Counted from the whole stretch's first letter, positions 44,095 through 56,275 are shown. The stretch is 61,233 nt of DNA, filler included, from 4 parts of 4 records of this genome joined end to end with filler, not necessarily neighbours in it, one strand, 5' to 3'. The notes: generated by a model not told the origin, from the letters alone. Made by a program: numbers and translations.

Positions 44095-47000
44095 TCAATT
44101 TGCCATGTCGTATTCCGGTTGAAGACTTTTATCCGGTAATGGCAGTCCCTTACGTTCAAAGTCATCGGCGGCTTCACTGATATTTTGAAAGAGCCTTTGG
44201 GGTGAAAGAAACAATCGCTTGAAAAAACTGTAGGTGCCGTTGCTCATGCTCTTAAAGGCCATGTATTGAACATTGGGATCGGACATCTTTCCGTCCACCT
44301 GAAAATATTCAGCCACTACGGTGTTATCGTCTCCTATCAACAGGTATCCCAGTACGGGAATTTTGCTGACCAGAAGGTCCGCAGTGGTCAGCGGATGAAC
44401 GCCGATTTCCGCATCTATCATGCCGGTGCGAAGATCCGCCTGTCCCTCCGCCACTGCATTAAAGACAGGGCTTTCCATGGTCAGATTGTCGGCCTTGGCA
44501 ATCCCCTTATGGATGTCCAGACGTCCCTCGATGCGATTGAAATAGAGACCGTCCTCTGATAGGTTTTCGGGCCTTGTTTCAAAAACGCGGGTCAGGGTCA
44601 TGTTATCCAGGATTTTGATGAATACGTTACTCTTTCTTACGACCCCTTGTTCAAGTAGAATATTTGTGCTTCCCGTGAGGCTTGAAAGCATCTCTTTTTT
44701 TGTATTTCCCCTGGCAAAAAGCAGGGCTTCCATGGACAGCTTTCCTTCCAGTCGGTTTTTGACGAATGCCAGGGGCGTCGGTAAATCTTCCAGGGGTTGC
44801 CGGTCCATCTCCAGATAGCTGGTAAAAAGCATCTCCGGTTTTTCCCCCCGTTTCACATGACCCCGTAACAGGAGTTTACCCCGGTCGAAATGTACGCTGG
44901 AGCGATTTACATAAAGGTCTTTTTTACGTAGGGCGCATTCAATTTTAAGGGGGCCGAATTTGGCCTCCTCCCATTGGACCCGCGGGGCCGTTATGTTCAG
45001 ATGAACGTCTGATGTTTCCACGAAATGGTGGGTCCCTTTCTTCCATCCGGGCTTCATGCGGTCGCTGCCCTTTTTAGTGCCCATTTTTATATTTTTGAGG
45101 ACCGGTTCGAAATTCCCCTTCTTGAACTGTTGTGCCATTTCCGGGGGGATCAGATCATTTAAGTCCAGGAGATCGGAGTGAACGGAAATATCCCCTCTCA
45201 TACCTTCCCACCCTTGAAACTCACCTTTCACCTGAAAGGGACTTTTTCCCAATTTGAGTGCCAGCGACTCAATTAAAACGTCATCTCCGGCAAATTTAAG
45301 TTTAAAATGACAGTTCTTAATGGGATGGGGAAAAGCCCTTGTGGCAAAAAAGAGTCGTTTCCCTTCCATTTGTCCGGTTACCCGGGTCTTTGAGGGGTTT
45401 CTGCGAGACGCGTTTACCGAAATTTTATAGTTAAGGTCCCCTTTACCGCTCAAATTTCCTTTCTTGAAACGGACTCCCAGGTCCTCAAGCCGTAGTTTCT
45501 TGCTGGATACCTTGAAATTAAAGGTGTCCCTGTTCTCCAGGTTGTAGGCGCCATTCAGGGTAAAGGACGATTTCCCCAGGTTGCATTGCAGATTCCTCAA
45601 GGTGAACCGTTTCCCAGGTAAAATTTCGCCGCCGAATAGAACGCTGCCTTCTTTGGAAAAGGGGGCAATGGTCATGGATTCCGTTTCCAGAAACGCCTGT
45701 TTCAAGTCCATGGCACCGTGGAAGGCCCAGGCTTGTTTTTTGGAGAGACTCACCTGGCAGGGGATTCGGTTCTTGAATGTTGTGGATGCCTTCAGGTCCG
45801 GATAGAAATGGCCGAGAAGTTCATCCATGTCCGCCATGGCTACCAGGTGCGCTTCCCCTGTTTGCCAGTTGTCCCCCAGACTTCCTGAAGCACTGATCCT
45901 TGATTTGCCCCATTTACCTTCAGCGACAAAATTTTTCCCGTCTTCAGGGGTGATGGTAAGGGCCCCTTCCTTGATCAGGACCGGAAAAGGGATATCCGGG
46001 TCATCGAGAGTGCAATCCTGAACCGTGATCATCCCTTTTTCAATTTTTGGAAAATGCCATCCGGGTTCATACACGATGTTGACGTCTGCATCCAGTTTTC
46101 CGGATGCGCCTTCAATCCGGCGGAATTTTGTGCGGACTTCAGGCGGAATCAGTTTCAAATGGGTCTGTTTCATGAGGTCTTCCACCCGGAATAATCCCGA
46201 AGCGGTCACTCGGATATGGGGGTCGTCCACGTAAAGGTCTTTCAGAAACAGGCTTCCGGTTTCGATGGTGGATGCTCCGAAATGGCCCCTGACCCCGGAA
46301 ACATGGATTTCACCCTTTCTGATTTCCAGGTCCCCCGAAACCCGATCCACTTTCAAGGCCTGTTCATTTTTGAAGGCCGTGATCCCTTTGCATGTGAGTT
46401 GGAGCCCCAGGAGATCGGCGTTTTCCCGAAGATCAAGATTTTCCAGCCTTTGCCATGGGCCATTTAGAGAAAAGAGGTCCACGCAAACATGGCCGCCCGA
46501 AAAAATGGGGAAGATGCGGGTTTCCAGCCAGACCGGCAGCAAAGATGACGGGAAGATCCGTTTGAATGTGAAAAGTGTCATAAATGGGCTCTTAACCTTC
46601 AGATCCAGGTGCGGATTACCCGGGTTGGTGAAATCAAAGGTCGAAGCACCGTTCAGTGTGAAAGCGGTGTTTTGAACTTGGAAGAAGGGGATTCGCAATA
46701 TTGAATCCACATGCGAGGCGTTGAAGAGGACGGCGAGCTCATCGAAAGAAAAGGCTTTTTTGTCACCTTCATCAACGAGAAGAAAGTCCAGCTCTCTGAA
46801 AACCAGCTTTCCATCAATTGACAGAATTCCGTCCGGGGATCCTTTGATTACGGCATTTATTCCTGCAACCCCACTTTTAACCGGCAGGTCTTTCGGCAGG
46901 GGAAGGTGGGTCATGGGTATTTCCTTCACATTGAACCGGCCGTCAATCAAGAAGCCTTTCTCAGGGTTTTCTCGAATCACGCCTTTGCCGGAAAAGGGTG

Positions 47001-47583
47001 CCGTTGCTCCGTTATAAAAGGCTGTACCATGGAGGGACGTTTCCAGAAGTACCGGATCCTTCGATTTCCTGGCCAGTCGGATGTTCAGCTTTTTCAGGGT
47101 TACGCCGGCCGTTTCCAGAACAACATGGGCGTTTTCCAGGGAAACCAGCGGAAATGCCGCCAATATCCGGGTATACGATTTTTCTAAAACCGGGCCCTTT
47201 CCCTTTAAGGAAAGGCCATGATCCTTTTTAGCGGCCAAGTGAATTTCGGGGTCAAGGATCGCCAGCTCCGTGGGGACGATCCTCCCCTTCAGCAGTTCTC
47301 CCAGATTAAAATTGATCCTGATCCTGGCGGCTTCCGCTTTTTCATGCCCCCCCCTTGTGGATACTCTGAAATTTCGAGCTTTAATACCGATGCCCTTGGA
47401 AAAATTGAGCGTTATCTTTTCAGCACTCAGTTTATACCCTGTGGCCCGTGAGAGTTGTTCCAGAAGATAGTGTTGAACCGGATCGGTGTGGATGAGAAAA
47501 TTGGCAAGGACTCCCAGTAAGACCGTCAGGGATAATAATAGAAGAACCGGCAGAAGGATGGCTTTCAGCCTTTTTCGCCACAT
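44095..47583 (-). CDS. AsmA-like/YhdP-family protein
   Basis: N-terminal TM, long beta-rich body, C-terminal [12 protein letters not shown]...DP.V. Confidence 0.85.
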   Translation of the reverse strand: MWRKRLKAILLPVLLLLSLTVLLGVLANFLIHTDPVQHYLLEQLSRATGYKLSAEKITLNFSKGIGIKARNFRVSTRGGHEKAEAARIRINFNLGELLKGRIVPTELAILDPEIHLAAKKDHGLSLKGKGPVLEKSYTRILAAFPLVSLENAHVVLETAGVTLKKLNIRLARKSKDPVLLETSLHGTAFYNGATAPFSGKGVIRENPEKGFLIDGRFNVKEIPMTHLPLPKDLPVKSGVAGINAVIKGSPDGILSIDGKLVFRELDFLLVDEGDKKAFSFDELAVLFNASHVDSILRIPFFQVQNTAFTLNGASTFDFTNPGNPHLDLKVKSPFMTLFTFKRIFPSSLLPVWLETRIFPIFSGGHVCVDLFSLNGPWQRLENLDLRENADLLGLQLTCKGITAFKNEQALKVDRVSGDLEIRKGEIHVSGVRGHFGASTIETGSLFLKDLYVDDPHIRVTASGLFRVEDLMKQTHLKLIPPEVRTKFRRIEGASGKLDADVNIVYEPGWHFPKIEKGMITVQDCTLDDPDIPFPVLIKEGALTITPEDGKNFVAEGKWGKSRISASGSLGDNWQTGEAHLVAMADMDELLGHFYPDLKASTTFKNRIPCQVSLSKKQAWAFHGAMDLKQAFLETESMTIAPFSKEGSVLFGGEILPGKRFTLRNLQCNLGKSSFTLNGAYNLENRDTFNFKVSSKKLRLEDLGVRFKKGNLSGKGDLNYKISVNASRRNPSKTRVTGQMEGKRLFFATRAFPHPIKNCHFKLKFAGDDVLIESLALKLGKSPFQVKGEFQGWEGMRGDISVHSDLLDLNDLIPPEMAQQFKKGNFEPVLKNIKMGTKKGSDRMKPGWKKGTHHFVETSDVHLNITAPRVQWEEAKFGPLKIECALRKKDLYVNRSSVHFDRGKLLLRGHVKRGEKPEMLFTSYLEMDRQPLEDLPTPLAFVKNRLEGKLSMEALLFARGNTKKEMLSSLTGSTNILLEQGVVRKSNVFIKILDNMTLTRVFETRPENLSEDGLYFNRIEGRLDIHKGIAKADNLTMESPVFNAVAEGQADLRTGMIDAEIGVHPLTTADLLVSKIPVLGYLLIGDDNTVVAEYFQVDGKMSDPNVQYMAFKSMSNGTYSFFKRLFLSPQRLFQNISEAADDFERKGLPLPDKSLQPEYDMAN

Positions 47584-48062
47584 TTTTTGAAATAGTCTCT
47601 CAGGATTTTTTCATGATCGAAGACCAGCGGTTCCGGTAAAGCGTTGCCCCAAAAAATGCCGACTTCTTCCGCATCGTCGGCCGCTATGGGTTTCCCCATG
47701 GCTTCTGCCACAAAGACCACGGAAATGGAATGGTGCCTGGGATCCCTTGACGGATCGGAATAAGCACCCAGTTGATACGAAAGGGCAACATCCAGGCAGG
47801 TCTCTTCCCTTGCCTCTCTGATGGCGGCCGATTCAAGGGTTTCCCCGTAATCCACAAAACCGCCGGGAAGTGCCCAGCCGTGGGGCGGGTTTTTTCGTTT
47901 GATCAAAACAATGCCGTTTAGGGGATGTTCGGTTGCGTTTTCAGGTACGGCTCCGTCCGGAGCACAACCTGTGGTTTCAATGATAATGTCCACGGTGGGA
48001 AAGGGGTTGCGGTATCGAAAAACCGGTTTTCCGCAGTGTGGACATGGGAGCTGATCTTTCAT
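47565..48062 (-). CDS. NUDIX hydrolase
   Basis: [35 protein letters not shown]. Confidence 0.92.
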   Translation of the reverse strand: MKDQLPCPHCGKPVFRYRNPFPTVDIIIETTGCAPDGAVPENATEHPLNGIVLIKRKNPPHGWALPGGFVDYGETLESAAIREAREETCLDVALSYQLGAYSDPSRDPRHHSISVVFVAEAMGKPIAADDAEEVGIFWGNALPEPLVFDHEKILRDYFKKCGEKG

Positions 48063-48341
48063 GTTGATTCTTCTCTTTTTTTCACCAGGAGCAATGCCGC
48101 GAGCAAAACCTGAACACATTAAGGTCCTCGCCGAAATATTATTCCCCGAATATAATACATGAATTTGAGACGGGCAAGAATAAAACCCCGGTGAACCGTT
48201 ACTTTTGGATCGGGCCCTTGGGCATAAGAATGTCCGGATGGGGTTTTCAAAGCCCGGTTTATTGTGTTACACTGCCCCGGTAGCGGATCGGACAATCTCT
48301 ATTCAGTGGGATCGATTGCCTTTTAGGAAAGGAGATGAGGG

Positions 48342-49973
48342 ATGCTTAAGAGATGGGTGTGGGCCTTATGCTTTTTTTTAATGGTGATATGGATGCTTCC
48401 GGGTGCGGTCTTCGGGTTAACCAGGGACCGGTGGACCAACGAAAAACCGTACGGTGTGTTCTTCAACAACTACGACCCCAATTTTTACACGGGCTTTGTG
48501 CCGCGGGTGCAGGAGCGGGAACGGATCAAGATTCATATGGGGAAGGGGAACCAGATCCGGGTTCGAATGATTTTGTCCGACAAAGCCATTGACAACTACC
48601 TGCTCGATCAGGTGGCCCGCCATGATCTCTACCAGGAAGTCATTGACAAGAAGGTGATTAAACTGACATCCAATTTGTCCTGGGAAGCCTATCATCAAAA
48701 GGTGATGGATGAAAAACTTCACGATCTGGTCAAGAAGAAGGGGGAAATGGATGAAAAAGCCTGGCGGGATCTTAACCTGGCCTATATGGATAAACTGGTG
48801 CCGGGCAGGTTGTACCATATTCAAAAGGACTTCAACAAAATGGAGGATGACTTTGCCCGACTGCTCAAGAATTCTCCAAAACCGGAGAGCCTTCAGGGCA
48901 AACTGGACCTGATCAACGATTTTTTTCCTCATCGCATTTTTTTGCACGAATTGACCCAGTCCCAGGATGCCGCCTTCGGGGAGTTGGTGGATCTGGCAAA
49001 ATCCGGTCATATGGAGACTTTTCGTTCAAAGGCGGAAGCATTTTTTGATTCCATCACCGACGGTATTTACACCGTCAAAAACGGCAAGCTGGACTATTAT
49101 GAGTTTACCACCATATATCCGGCCGGCACCTACGACAAAACAACCACCCATAACGGCCAGGTCATGCCCATTTACACCACCACCGGTGTCTGGTGGCTGA
49201 TCCCCCGAAAGCATGGAAAAGGCATTACGGGCATGGTGGATTACATTTCTTCGGCCGGATATTACGGCATGATGCCCATGCTCCCTTACCAATACGGTGG
49301 CGGCATCGCCTATAACGCCATCCACAATCCCGGAATCAGCTGCTGGATCGGCGGACACCATCTTCTTCCGAAAAGCTGGCGGAAGGTTACCACCAACAGC
49401 CGCAGCGGCAAACCCTTTAACCGTGTGTCCATTACCAGCCGGGGGCCCGTCTCCCATGGCTGTACCCGCCTCAATGCGGGGCATTTGTCGGAGTTCAGGG
49501 AGATGTTGCCCTCCACGAGCCGGGGTATGGAAGGGATTAAGCATTATCGAAGCCTTTCCCACTGTTATGATGTCTTCGATCTGAAGGGCGACGGCAATGA
49601 CCAGGTGATGGGGGTTCGGTATTATATCGCTTTTCGCCATACCAAGAGCCGGGTGGCCCAGGAAATCTGGGCACAGAACAACCGCAAGGATTTTTATACC
49701 TGGCTTTACGGGAATGATTTGAATTTCGCCCCCCTTGGGGAAGCTACGTTTAATGAAGTCTATGACTATAAGTTCAAAAATCGAAAAGCGCTTCAAGGAA
49801 AAAAATATGAGAACCTTAAACTCCACGAAGCCCCCTACGAACCCGAATATCTCCAGTTTTACGTGATTAAAGGCGTCAATAAGCTTTCGAAACAGGGGAT
49901 GGATTTCAACCGCGAGTTACGACGGGTGGGGTATGGTCATCCGGTAGACCGGAAGAAATTGCTCCTGGAGTAA
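48342..49973 (+). CDS. Secreted protein with L,D-transpeptidase-like motif
   Basis: Signal peptide; AIH...SRGPVSHGCTRL. Confidence 0.7.
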   Translation: MLKRWVWALCFFLMVIWMLPGAVFGLTRDRWTNEKPYGVFFNNYDPNFYTGFVPRVQERERIKIHMGKGNQIRVRMILSDKAIDNYLLDQVARHDLYQEVIDKKVIKLTSNLSWEAYHQKVMDEKLHDLVKKKGEMDEKAWRDLNLAYMDKLVPGRLYHIQKDFNKMEDDFARLLKNSPKPESLQGKLDLINDFFPHRIFLHELTQSQDAAFGELVDLAKSGHMETFRSKAEAFFDSITDGIYTVKNGKLDYYEFTTIYPAGTYDKTTTHNGQVMPIYTTTGVWWLIPRKHGKGITGMVDYISSAGYYGMMPMLPYQYGGGIAYNAIHNPGISCWIGGHHLLPKSWRKVTTNSRSGKPFNRVSITSRGPVSHGCTRLNAGHLSEFREMLPSTSRGMEGIKHYRSLSHCYDVFDLKGDGNDQVMGVRYYIAFRHTKSRVAQEIWAQNNRKDFYTWLYGNDLNFAPLGEATFNEVYDYKFKNRKALQGKKYENLKLHEAPYEPEYLQFYVIKGVNKLSKQGMDFNRELRRVGYGHPVDRKKLLLE

Positions 49974-50012
49974 ACACCCGAAATCTCATGGGTCGGGGCG
50001 CGCCATATCTGA

Positions 50013-50861
50013 TTATCTTCCGCCCGATTTCCGGGTGAGGTTGATACCGTTGCTGTCGATGGTGATAAGCCTTTTTTTGTAGAGTGTGCCGATTGCCTTT
50101 TTGAATGTTTTTTTACTGACCCCAAACAGGGAGTAGATATCTTTTGGAGGGCTTTTGTCGGTGACGGCAATACCGCCCCCAAGGTCTTTTATGGTTTTTA
50201 AAATGTTCCGGGAAATATCATCAACTCTTTGATAGCCCGATTGTTGGAGGCTTATGTCAATTTTGAGGTCTTCGCGGATTAATTTTATATACCCTTTTAG
50301 CCTCTGGCCCATGTGAAGCTTCCGGAATACTTCGTTTTTATAGACCATGCCCCAATGGGAATCGTCAACGACCACTTTGTAACCCAAATCTGTTTTGTCA
50401 CATATGAAAAGATCGACCGCTTCACCCGCTTCGTAGTCCGGTGACTGCAAACCCAGAAATTTATCCAGCTTTGAGGATGCTGTGATGCGGTTGGTTTTTT
50501 TATCAAGAAAGACAAATACGACATATGATTTGCCTTCCTCCATTTTGGTTTGCTGCTCTTTTTTTGGAACCAGCAGATCTTTTTCCATCCCCCAGTCCAG
50601 ATAGGCCCCCGACGATGAGTTGGCCACCACCTTCAATCTGGCAAACTGCCCCGCTGTTGCATTCGGTTTTTTTGTTGTTGCCCGCAGATGTCCTTCCCTG
50701 TCCACATAAATGAAAACCTCAATTTCGTCTCCCGGCCGGCACTCCTTGGGAACATACTTCTTCGGCAGGATAATATCCCCTGACCCACCACCATCGAGGT
50801 GAGCCCCATAATCCCGCTTCCTTTTTACGGTAAGCTTATTTATCTTCCCGATCTCTGCCAT
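50013..50861 (-). CDS. cvfB: CvfB-family S1 RNA-binding protein
   Basis: GAYLDWGMEKDLLVP, DKSPPKDI...FGVSKKTFKKAIG.LYK. Confidence 0.9.
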   Translation of the reverse strand: MAEIGKINKLTVKRKRDYGAHLDGGGSGDIILPKKYVPKECRPGDEIEVFIYVDREGHLRATTKKPNATAGQFARLKVVANSSSGAYLDWGMEKDLLVPKKEQQTKMEEGKSYVVFVFLDKKTNRITASSKLDKFLGLQSPDYEAGEAVDLFICDKTDLGYKVVVDDSHWGMVYKNEVFRKLHMGQRLKGYIKLIREDLKIDISLQQSGYQRVDDISRNILKTIKDLGGGIAVTDKSPPKDIYSLFGVSKKTFKKAIGTLYKKRLITIDSNGINLTRKSGGR

Positions 50862-50895
50862 TTTGTCCCCTCTATTCTAATCGCTTCTTTTTTCC

Positions 50896-50945
50896 AAAAT
50901 CCCGGATGCATTCCCGTAAAGAGTGGCTTCAAGAGCACCTTCATT
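50896..50945 (-). repeat. 50-bp dispersed repeat, copy A
   Basis: 44/50 identical to 57773-57822 (hand count). Confidence 0.85.
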
Positions 50946-51018
50946 ATAAAATGAATGTGAAAGTCGATAACGGGCATATTCTCGCCCCCTTTCAAGGGTT
51001 TTTACGGAATGTCGAAGA

Positions 51019-51474
51019 TTATGGTTTTTTGTAACCTTTACAGGCCAGCAGATAGCGATAACCATATTCAATTATGTACTCTTTCCTCTGATTGGCAACC
51101 TTACATCTGATTGCTGCAAATCCACGATCAGGTTTGCTGCTTGATTTTTTCAGTTCCGTCCACCAGGCTTCGACAAAAAGATGGTCTCCCGGACGTACCG
51201 GATTGAACATTTTAACTGCATGCATGCCGACACCACTCAAAATAGCAATATCACCCTGTGCTTCTACCACAACACGAGTACAGGCGGAAAGAGTATGGAG
51301 TGAGGATGCAATAAGTCCATGGAAAATAGAGTTGTTCGCTGCTTTTTCGTCAATATGGAAAGGTTGTGGGTCGAAATTTTTTGCGAAATCAATGATGGCC
51401 TCTCTCGTCATCAGTACGGAGCGACAATGGAGCCGTTCTCCATCCGTCAGGTCTTCAAAATATTTAATTCCCAT
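51019..51474 (-). CDS. MaoC-family dehydratase
   Basis: FDPQPFHIDE..A..S.F.GLIAS, PVRPGD. Confidence 0.9.
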   Translation of the reverse strand: MGIKYFEDLTDGERLHCRSVLMTREAIIDFAKNFDPQPFHIDEKAANNSIFHGLIASSLHTLSACTRVVVEAQGDIAILSGVGMHAVKMFNPVRPGDHLFVEAWWTELKKSSSKPDRGFAAIRCKVANQRKEYIIEYGYRYLLACKGYKKP

Positions 51475-51606
51475 GTTTGTATCTACCGATGGCTCCATCC
51501 GGGCTCCGGATCGACCAAGTTAAATGTTTGATATCGAAGACAATTGCGCCTATCATGCCTGTTCTCCTCTCAGGATGGATCGTCTCTCTTCATGGGACGC
51601 GAACTT

Positions 51607-51795
51607 TTACGCTCCGGTAAAAGAGCCCTTGTGGTACGGTTTGAATTCATCGGATGGTTCACGATCGGAATAGATGTAAACGGACGTCCCGATGGGATCG
51701 ATAAGGGAAAATCCTCTGTCCCCCCAGGGATGGTCTTCCAACGGCATTTCGGTTTGCAGCCCGGCGCCCATTAACCTTGCATGCTCTGCATCCAC
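51607..51795 (-). pseudogene. VOC/glyoxalase C-terminal fragment
   Basis: VDAEHARL...DHPWGDRGFSLIDPIG; N-terminal half absent. Confidence 0.6.
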
Positions 51796-51807
51796 TGGAA
51801 GAGATGA

Positions 51808-52071
51808 TTACGCAATATGGTGGCCGTAAAATCGATCTTTCGACCTTTTAAATTTAGAACAAAAATTTCTCATATGAGGTGAGGAGGATGAACACCACTG
51901 CGCACAACCATAATCTTTACGATTATTTAAAACTGATTTTTTGCATTGTGGGCAGTTTCTTTTTATCTCATCCTTAAAGAATTCAACCAAATTCCCGCAA
52001 TTTGTGCATTTCACATCAAAAATTGCATCGAATCCCCATTCATGTGTATTATTTCCCGTGCATTTTCGCAT
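51808..52071 (-). CDS. Small Cys-rich protein
   Basis: CTNCG.VEFFKDE..R.CPQC...D.GCAQWC; GGAGG RBS. Confidence 0.7.
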   Translation of the reverse strand: MRKCTGNNTHEWGFDAIFDVKCTNCGNLVEFFKDEIKRNCPQCKKSVLNNRKDYGCAQWCSSSSPHMRNFCSKFKRSKDRFYGHHIA

Positions 52072-52169
52072 ATCTTCCACCTCCATTCTCCCAGGTGTTA
52101 TTTAATAAGGTTCCGCGCTGACCTGAAGGCGTTCGAAGGGAAAATAGAACCCGGTGATAAATGGGCTCG

Positions 52170-52634
52170 TCAATTGCGCCTCCACCTGTCGATGGCCATA
52201 TCCAATTCCCGATCCCAACAAGCATCTTCTACGATTTTCAAATAATGCTCTCTCAAGAATAACAAGGCCTGCAAAATCCAATATTTGTGTTCCTCACCCA
52301 ATAACCGGAATGGTTTACCTTCCGGTCCGTCCAGAACCGTATTGATAAACCGCATCATATGGGGATCGCCGTCACGGTCCATGGCTTTTACCACCGCCAT
52401 TTCTATCAATCGCGGCAAAAAATAGGCCATTGCGTAAGCGTTCATGTTCGGCACGGGGCTCCAGGCAACCGTGCCCACATCCTCCGCTGAGAGCGTCTCC
52501 CTGGTTGCCGCCTTCAGTATTTTCTCATGATCCCTGCAATCCGGACAATCATCATCATGGATGGTGCAACGGATCGGTTTCTCGAAAACCCCGAAAACAT
52601 CATATGCGCTTTCTATTAGTTTTTTGCTGTCCAT
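52170..52634 (-). CDS. Hypothetical protein
   Basis: ORF with CPDC..H and YFLPRL. Confidence 0.7.
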   Translation of the reverse strand: MDSKKLIESAYDVFGVFEKPIRCTIHDDDCPDCRDHEKILKAATRETLSAEDVGTVAWSPVPNMNAYAMAYFLPRLIEMAVVKAMDRDGDPHMMRFINTVLDGPEGKPFRLLGEEHKYWILQALLFLREHYLKIVEDACWDRELDMAIDRWRRN

Positions 52635-52703
52635 GAGACGCCTGATCGGGATAGGGGGCGCTTCACGCCCCCCACGATACTACCGGCAAGCCGTTTGACC
52701 GGT

Positions 52704-54170
52704 TTACGCCTCCCCGGGCACTTCGCCGGGGGCGATGCCAAGGGCGTCGGCCACCCCCCTGCCGTAAGCCGGATCCGCTTTCAGGCAATTGCCGATGTGG
52801 CGGATTTTAATATCTTTGGGGGCATCGCCCATGGCCCGGGCCGTATTGTCGAAGAGCGCTTGCTGTTGCTCGGCCTTCATCAACCGGAACAAGTTCCCGG
52901 GCTGGGAGTAATAGTCGTCGTCCTCCCGATGGTTCCAATGGTCGGCGGCCCCTTCCAGGCTCAGGGGCGGCTCCCTAAAATCCGGCTGCTCCCGCCACTC
53001 GCCGTAGCTGTTGGGCTCATACCCCAGGGTGCTGCCGTAATTGCCGTCCACCCGCATGGCGCCGTCCCGGTGGTAGCTGTGAAAGGGGCAGCGGGACGCA
53101 TTGACCGGGATCAAGTGATGGTTCACCCCGAGCCGGTAGCGCTGGGCGTCGGCGTAGGAGAAGAGCCGGCCCTGCAACATCTTGTCGGGGGAGAAGCCGA
53201 TGCCGGGTACGATGCTGGCCGGGTTGAAGGCCGATTGCTCCACCTCGGCAAAATAGTTCTCCGGGTTGCGGTTAAGTTCCAGGACCCCCAACTCAATGAG
53301 GGGATAGTCCTTATGGGACCAGACCTTGGTCAGGTCGAAGGGGTTATGGGGAGAGTGGGCCGCATCTTTTTCCGCCATCACCTGGATGAACATTTTCCAG
53401 CGCGGGAATTCGCCCTTCTCGATGGACTCGTACAGATCCCGTTGATGGCTTTCCCGGCACTTGCCGATGATCATCTCCGCCTCTTCATCGGTAAGGTTCT
53501 TGATGCCCTGCTGGGTGTGCAGGTGGAATTTAACCCAGAACCGCTCGTTCTCCCCGTTGATCATGCTGAAGGTGTGGCTGCCGAAGCCGTGCATGTGCCG
53601 GTAGGAATAGGGAATGCCCCGGTCGCTCATGGTGATGGTCACCTGGTGAAGCGCTTCCGGCAAGGATGTCCAGAAGTCCCAGTTGTTGCGGGCGCTGCGC
53701 ATGTTGGTGCGGGGATCGCGTTTTACGGCGTGGTTCAGGTCGGGGAACTTCAGGGGATCCCGCAGAAAGAATACCGGCGTGTTGTTGCCCACCAGATCCC
53801 AGTTTCCCTCCTCGGTGTAGAACTTCATGGCAAAGCCCCGGATATCCCGCTCGGCGTCGGCCGCCCCCCGCTCGCCGGCCACGGTGGAGAAACGGACGAA
53901 CAGATCGGTCTTCTTGCCAATTTCAGAGAATATCTTGGCCTTGGTGTAGGGGGTGATGTCATGGGTGACCGTGAAGTCGCCATAGGCGCCGGAACCCTTG
54001 GCGTGCATGCGTCTCTCGGGGATGACCTCCCGGTCGAAGTGGGCCAGCTTCTCCAGAAACCAGACGTCCTGCAGCAACATGGGTCCCCTGGGCCCGGCGG
54101 TCATGGCATTTTGGTTGTCGGCCACGGGAGCACCGGCATTATGGGTCAATTTTTTCTTCTCGTTATCCAT
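52704..54170 (-). CDS. katA: Monofunctional heme catalase
   Basis: [46 protein letters not shown] at 54170. Confidence 0.96.
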   Translation of the reverse strand: MDNEKKKLTHNAGAPVADNQNAMTAGPRGPMLLQDVWFLEKLAHFDREVIPERRMHAKGSGAYGDFTVTHDITPYTKAKIFSEIGKKTDLFVRFSTVAGERGAADAERDIRGFAMKFYTEEGNWDLVGNNTPVFFLRDPLKFPDLNHAVKRDPRTNMRSARNNWDFWTSLPEALHQVTITMSDRGIPYSYRHMHGFGSHTFSMINGENERFWVKFHLHTQQGIKNLTDEEAEMIIGKCRESHQRDLYESIEKGEFPRWKMFIQVMAEKDAAHSPHNPFDLTKVWSHKDYPLIELGVLELNRNPENYFAEVEQSAFNPASIVPGIGFSPDKMLQGRLFSYADAQRYRLGVNHHLIPVNASRCPFHSYHRDGAMRVDGNYGSTLGYEPNSYGEWREQPDFREPPLSLEGAADHWNHREDDDYYSQPGNLFRLMKAEQQQALFDNTARAMGDAPKDIKIRHIGNCLKADPAYGRGVADALGIAPGEVPGEA

Positions 54171-54234
54171 AATCTTCCTCCTGTCATGGGCCAAAAAAGA
54201 GCACCGTCGGCAAGTCCGACCGTGCAAGGGGTCC

Positions 54235-54600
54235 TTATGCACTTTTCAGGAATTCAATGGCTTTCTCTTTCTCCTCAACGGAAAATCCTTTCATATCGAT
54301 GTTCCTAAAAAATTTGCCTTCCAGATCCACAAGATGATGTATCCATTTTTTATGGGTTACAACCGCCACCTTGCTGAAATGTGAAAGGCCCACATCCATA
54401 AAGAATTTGAGTTTCTCAATCATGGCATCAAACTCAACCCCGCCGATGCTTACAATCTCTTGGTATACAAAGAGTTTTTCACCTCTATGGATTTTTTCCT
54501 TGAATATGGAAAGCACGGATGCCATTTCCTTTTCCGTGATCTTTCCGCCCATTCGATACGCCACGACGTTTTCAACCCCTATATCCATCATTTCCAACAT
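54235..54600 (-). CDS. SpoIIAA-like (STAS/SEC14) protein
   Basis: GKIT...[10 protein letters not shown]...F..EE...A..FL. Confidence 0.85.
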   Translation of the reverse strand: MLEMMDIGVENVVAYRMGGKITEKEMASVLSIFKEKIHRGEKLFVYQEIVSIGGVEFDAMIEKLKFFMDVGLSHFSKVAVVTHKKWIHHLVDLEGKFFRNIDMKGFSVEEKEKAIEFLKSA

Positions 54601-54994
54601 TTTGTTCTCCTCCTTGTGGATGGTTTTGGGAAAAATAATCCGCACTTCACCAACTGTCGCCGAACCTCATGAACAGTTCAATTTTATCCGGCGTTTCTTG
54701 AGCAAAAGCACTTACGGGCGTTTTGCACGCCGAAATTCCGGGATTTCCCATGGGGACCGTCAAAAAACACCGCGGGCATGGCATTCTATCTGAATGTCAT
54801 TATTAAACAACTTCCATAAAAACGCAATTGTTTGAGAAGGTTTTTCGCCTGTTTCTTTCACTTCCGCAGTGTCTTGTACGTTCTTGCTTTTTTTCTTCCC
54901 CTTTCATGATCCGCTCCTGCTATCACTGAAATTTTCAGGGCCATTTCTTTTGGGTTGTTTGCCTATTTTTTTCAATACCGGTTCTCAAAAATGT

Positions 54995-56275
54995 CTATTT
55001 TGCCACAATTCCCGCCAGCCACATGGTCAATGGCGGATAAAAGGTGATGATCAAAAGATCCACCAGCAGGATTGCCAGAAACGGCAGAATCCGGCGGCTG
55101 ACGGCCGTCAGGCTGTCGCCCGAAATGGAACAGGAAACGATCAGGCAGATTCCCATGGGCGGGGTCAGCATGCCGATGGCCAGATTGGTCACCACGATAA
55201 CCCCCAACTGAACCATATCCACCCCCAGGGCGGGGGCCATGGCCGTAATCATGGGAACCAGCAGAATCAAGGCCGCGGTGGTTTCCACAAAGGTGCCGGC
55301 AATGAGTAAAATCACGTTAATCAGCAACAACAGGCCCATGGGATGGGTGGTGATCCCGAGCAGGGAACCGGCCAGACGCGCGGGGATATCCTCGATGGCT
55401 GCGATCCAGCTGAAAACCGATGCCGTGGAGATGATAAACATGACAATGGCTGACGTTACGGCGCCGTCCCTGAAAAGGGGGAAAAGATCTCCGAGAGTAA
55501 TTTTCCTGTAGACAAACATCCCCACAATCAATGCATACACCACCGCCACCCCAGCCGATTCGGTGGCCGTGAAAACGCCGAAAAGGATGCCGCCCAGGAT
55601 AATCACCGGCGCGCCCAGTGCAAGAATGGCCCGTTTAAGCCTGTCGTAAACTTCTTTTATGGAAAAGGTCGTTGTGGCCGCATATCCCTTTTGGCGTGAT
55701 ATAACGGTTGCCACCCCGATCAGGGATAGGCCGATCAGGATTCCCGGCAGGATTCCCCCCGCAAAAAGACGTCCCACGGAGGCGCCGGTCAGAAAACCGA
55801 AGATGATCATGGGAATGGACGGGGGAATGATGACGCCGATGGAACCGCCAGACGCCTGAACCGCCGCAGCAAAGTCGGACTCATAGCCCGATTTCTTCAT
55901 GGCCGGAATCAGGATGGCGCCCACCGCGGCGGCGTCGGCCGCGGCCGAACCGGAAATGCCTGCGAAAAACATAGCCGAGACAATGGTTACCGCCGCCATT
56001 CCGCCGGGCAGCCATCCCACGAGGGCGTTGGCCAAATCGATAATCCTGCGGCTGATGCCGCCCGCTTCCATGATGACCCCGGTGAACATGAACAAGGGGA
56101 CCGCCATCAAGTGGAAGGAATCCATGCCGCCGAACATTTTCTGCACCACCATCATCATGGGAAGGCTTCCTTGAATCAGAATCCCCAGCAAAGATGCCAC
56201 CCCTATGGCAATGGCGATGGGCGCATTGACGGCAAATAGAAACAGCAGACATAAAATGAGAATTTCAGTGGTCAC
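54995..56275 (-). CDS. dctM: TRAP transporter large permease
   Basis: FFAGISGSAAADAAA, IIPPSIPMI, TPPMG. Confidence 0.95.
   Translation of the reverse strand: MTTEILILCLLFLFAVNAPIAIAIGVASLLGILIQGSLPMMMVVQKMFGGMDSFHLMAVPLFMFTGVIMEAGGISRRIIDLANALVGWLPGGMAAVTIVSAMFFAGISGSAAADAAAVGAILIPAMKKSGYESDFAAAVQASGGSIGVIIPPSIPMIIFGFLTGASVGRLFAGGILPGILIGLSLIGVATVISRQKGYAATTTFSIKEVYDRLKRAILALGAPVIILGGILFGVFTATESAGVAVVYALIVGMFVYRKITLGDLFPLFRDGAVTSAIVMFIISTASVFSWIAAIEDIPARLAGSLLGITTHPMGLLLLINVILLIAGTFVETTAALILLVPMITAMAPALGVDMVQLGVIVVTNLAIGMLTPPMGICLIVSCSISGDSLTAVSRRILPFLAILLVDLLIITFYPPLTMWLAGIVAK

Noticed and set aside
52695-54308. 537-aa plus-strand ORF
   Set aside because: Antisense shadow of the GC3-rich catalase gene
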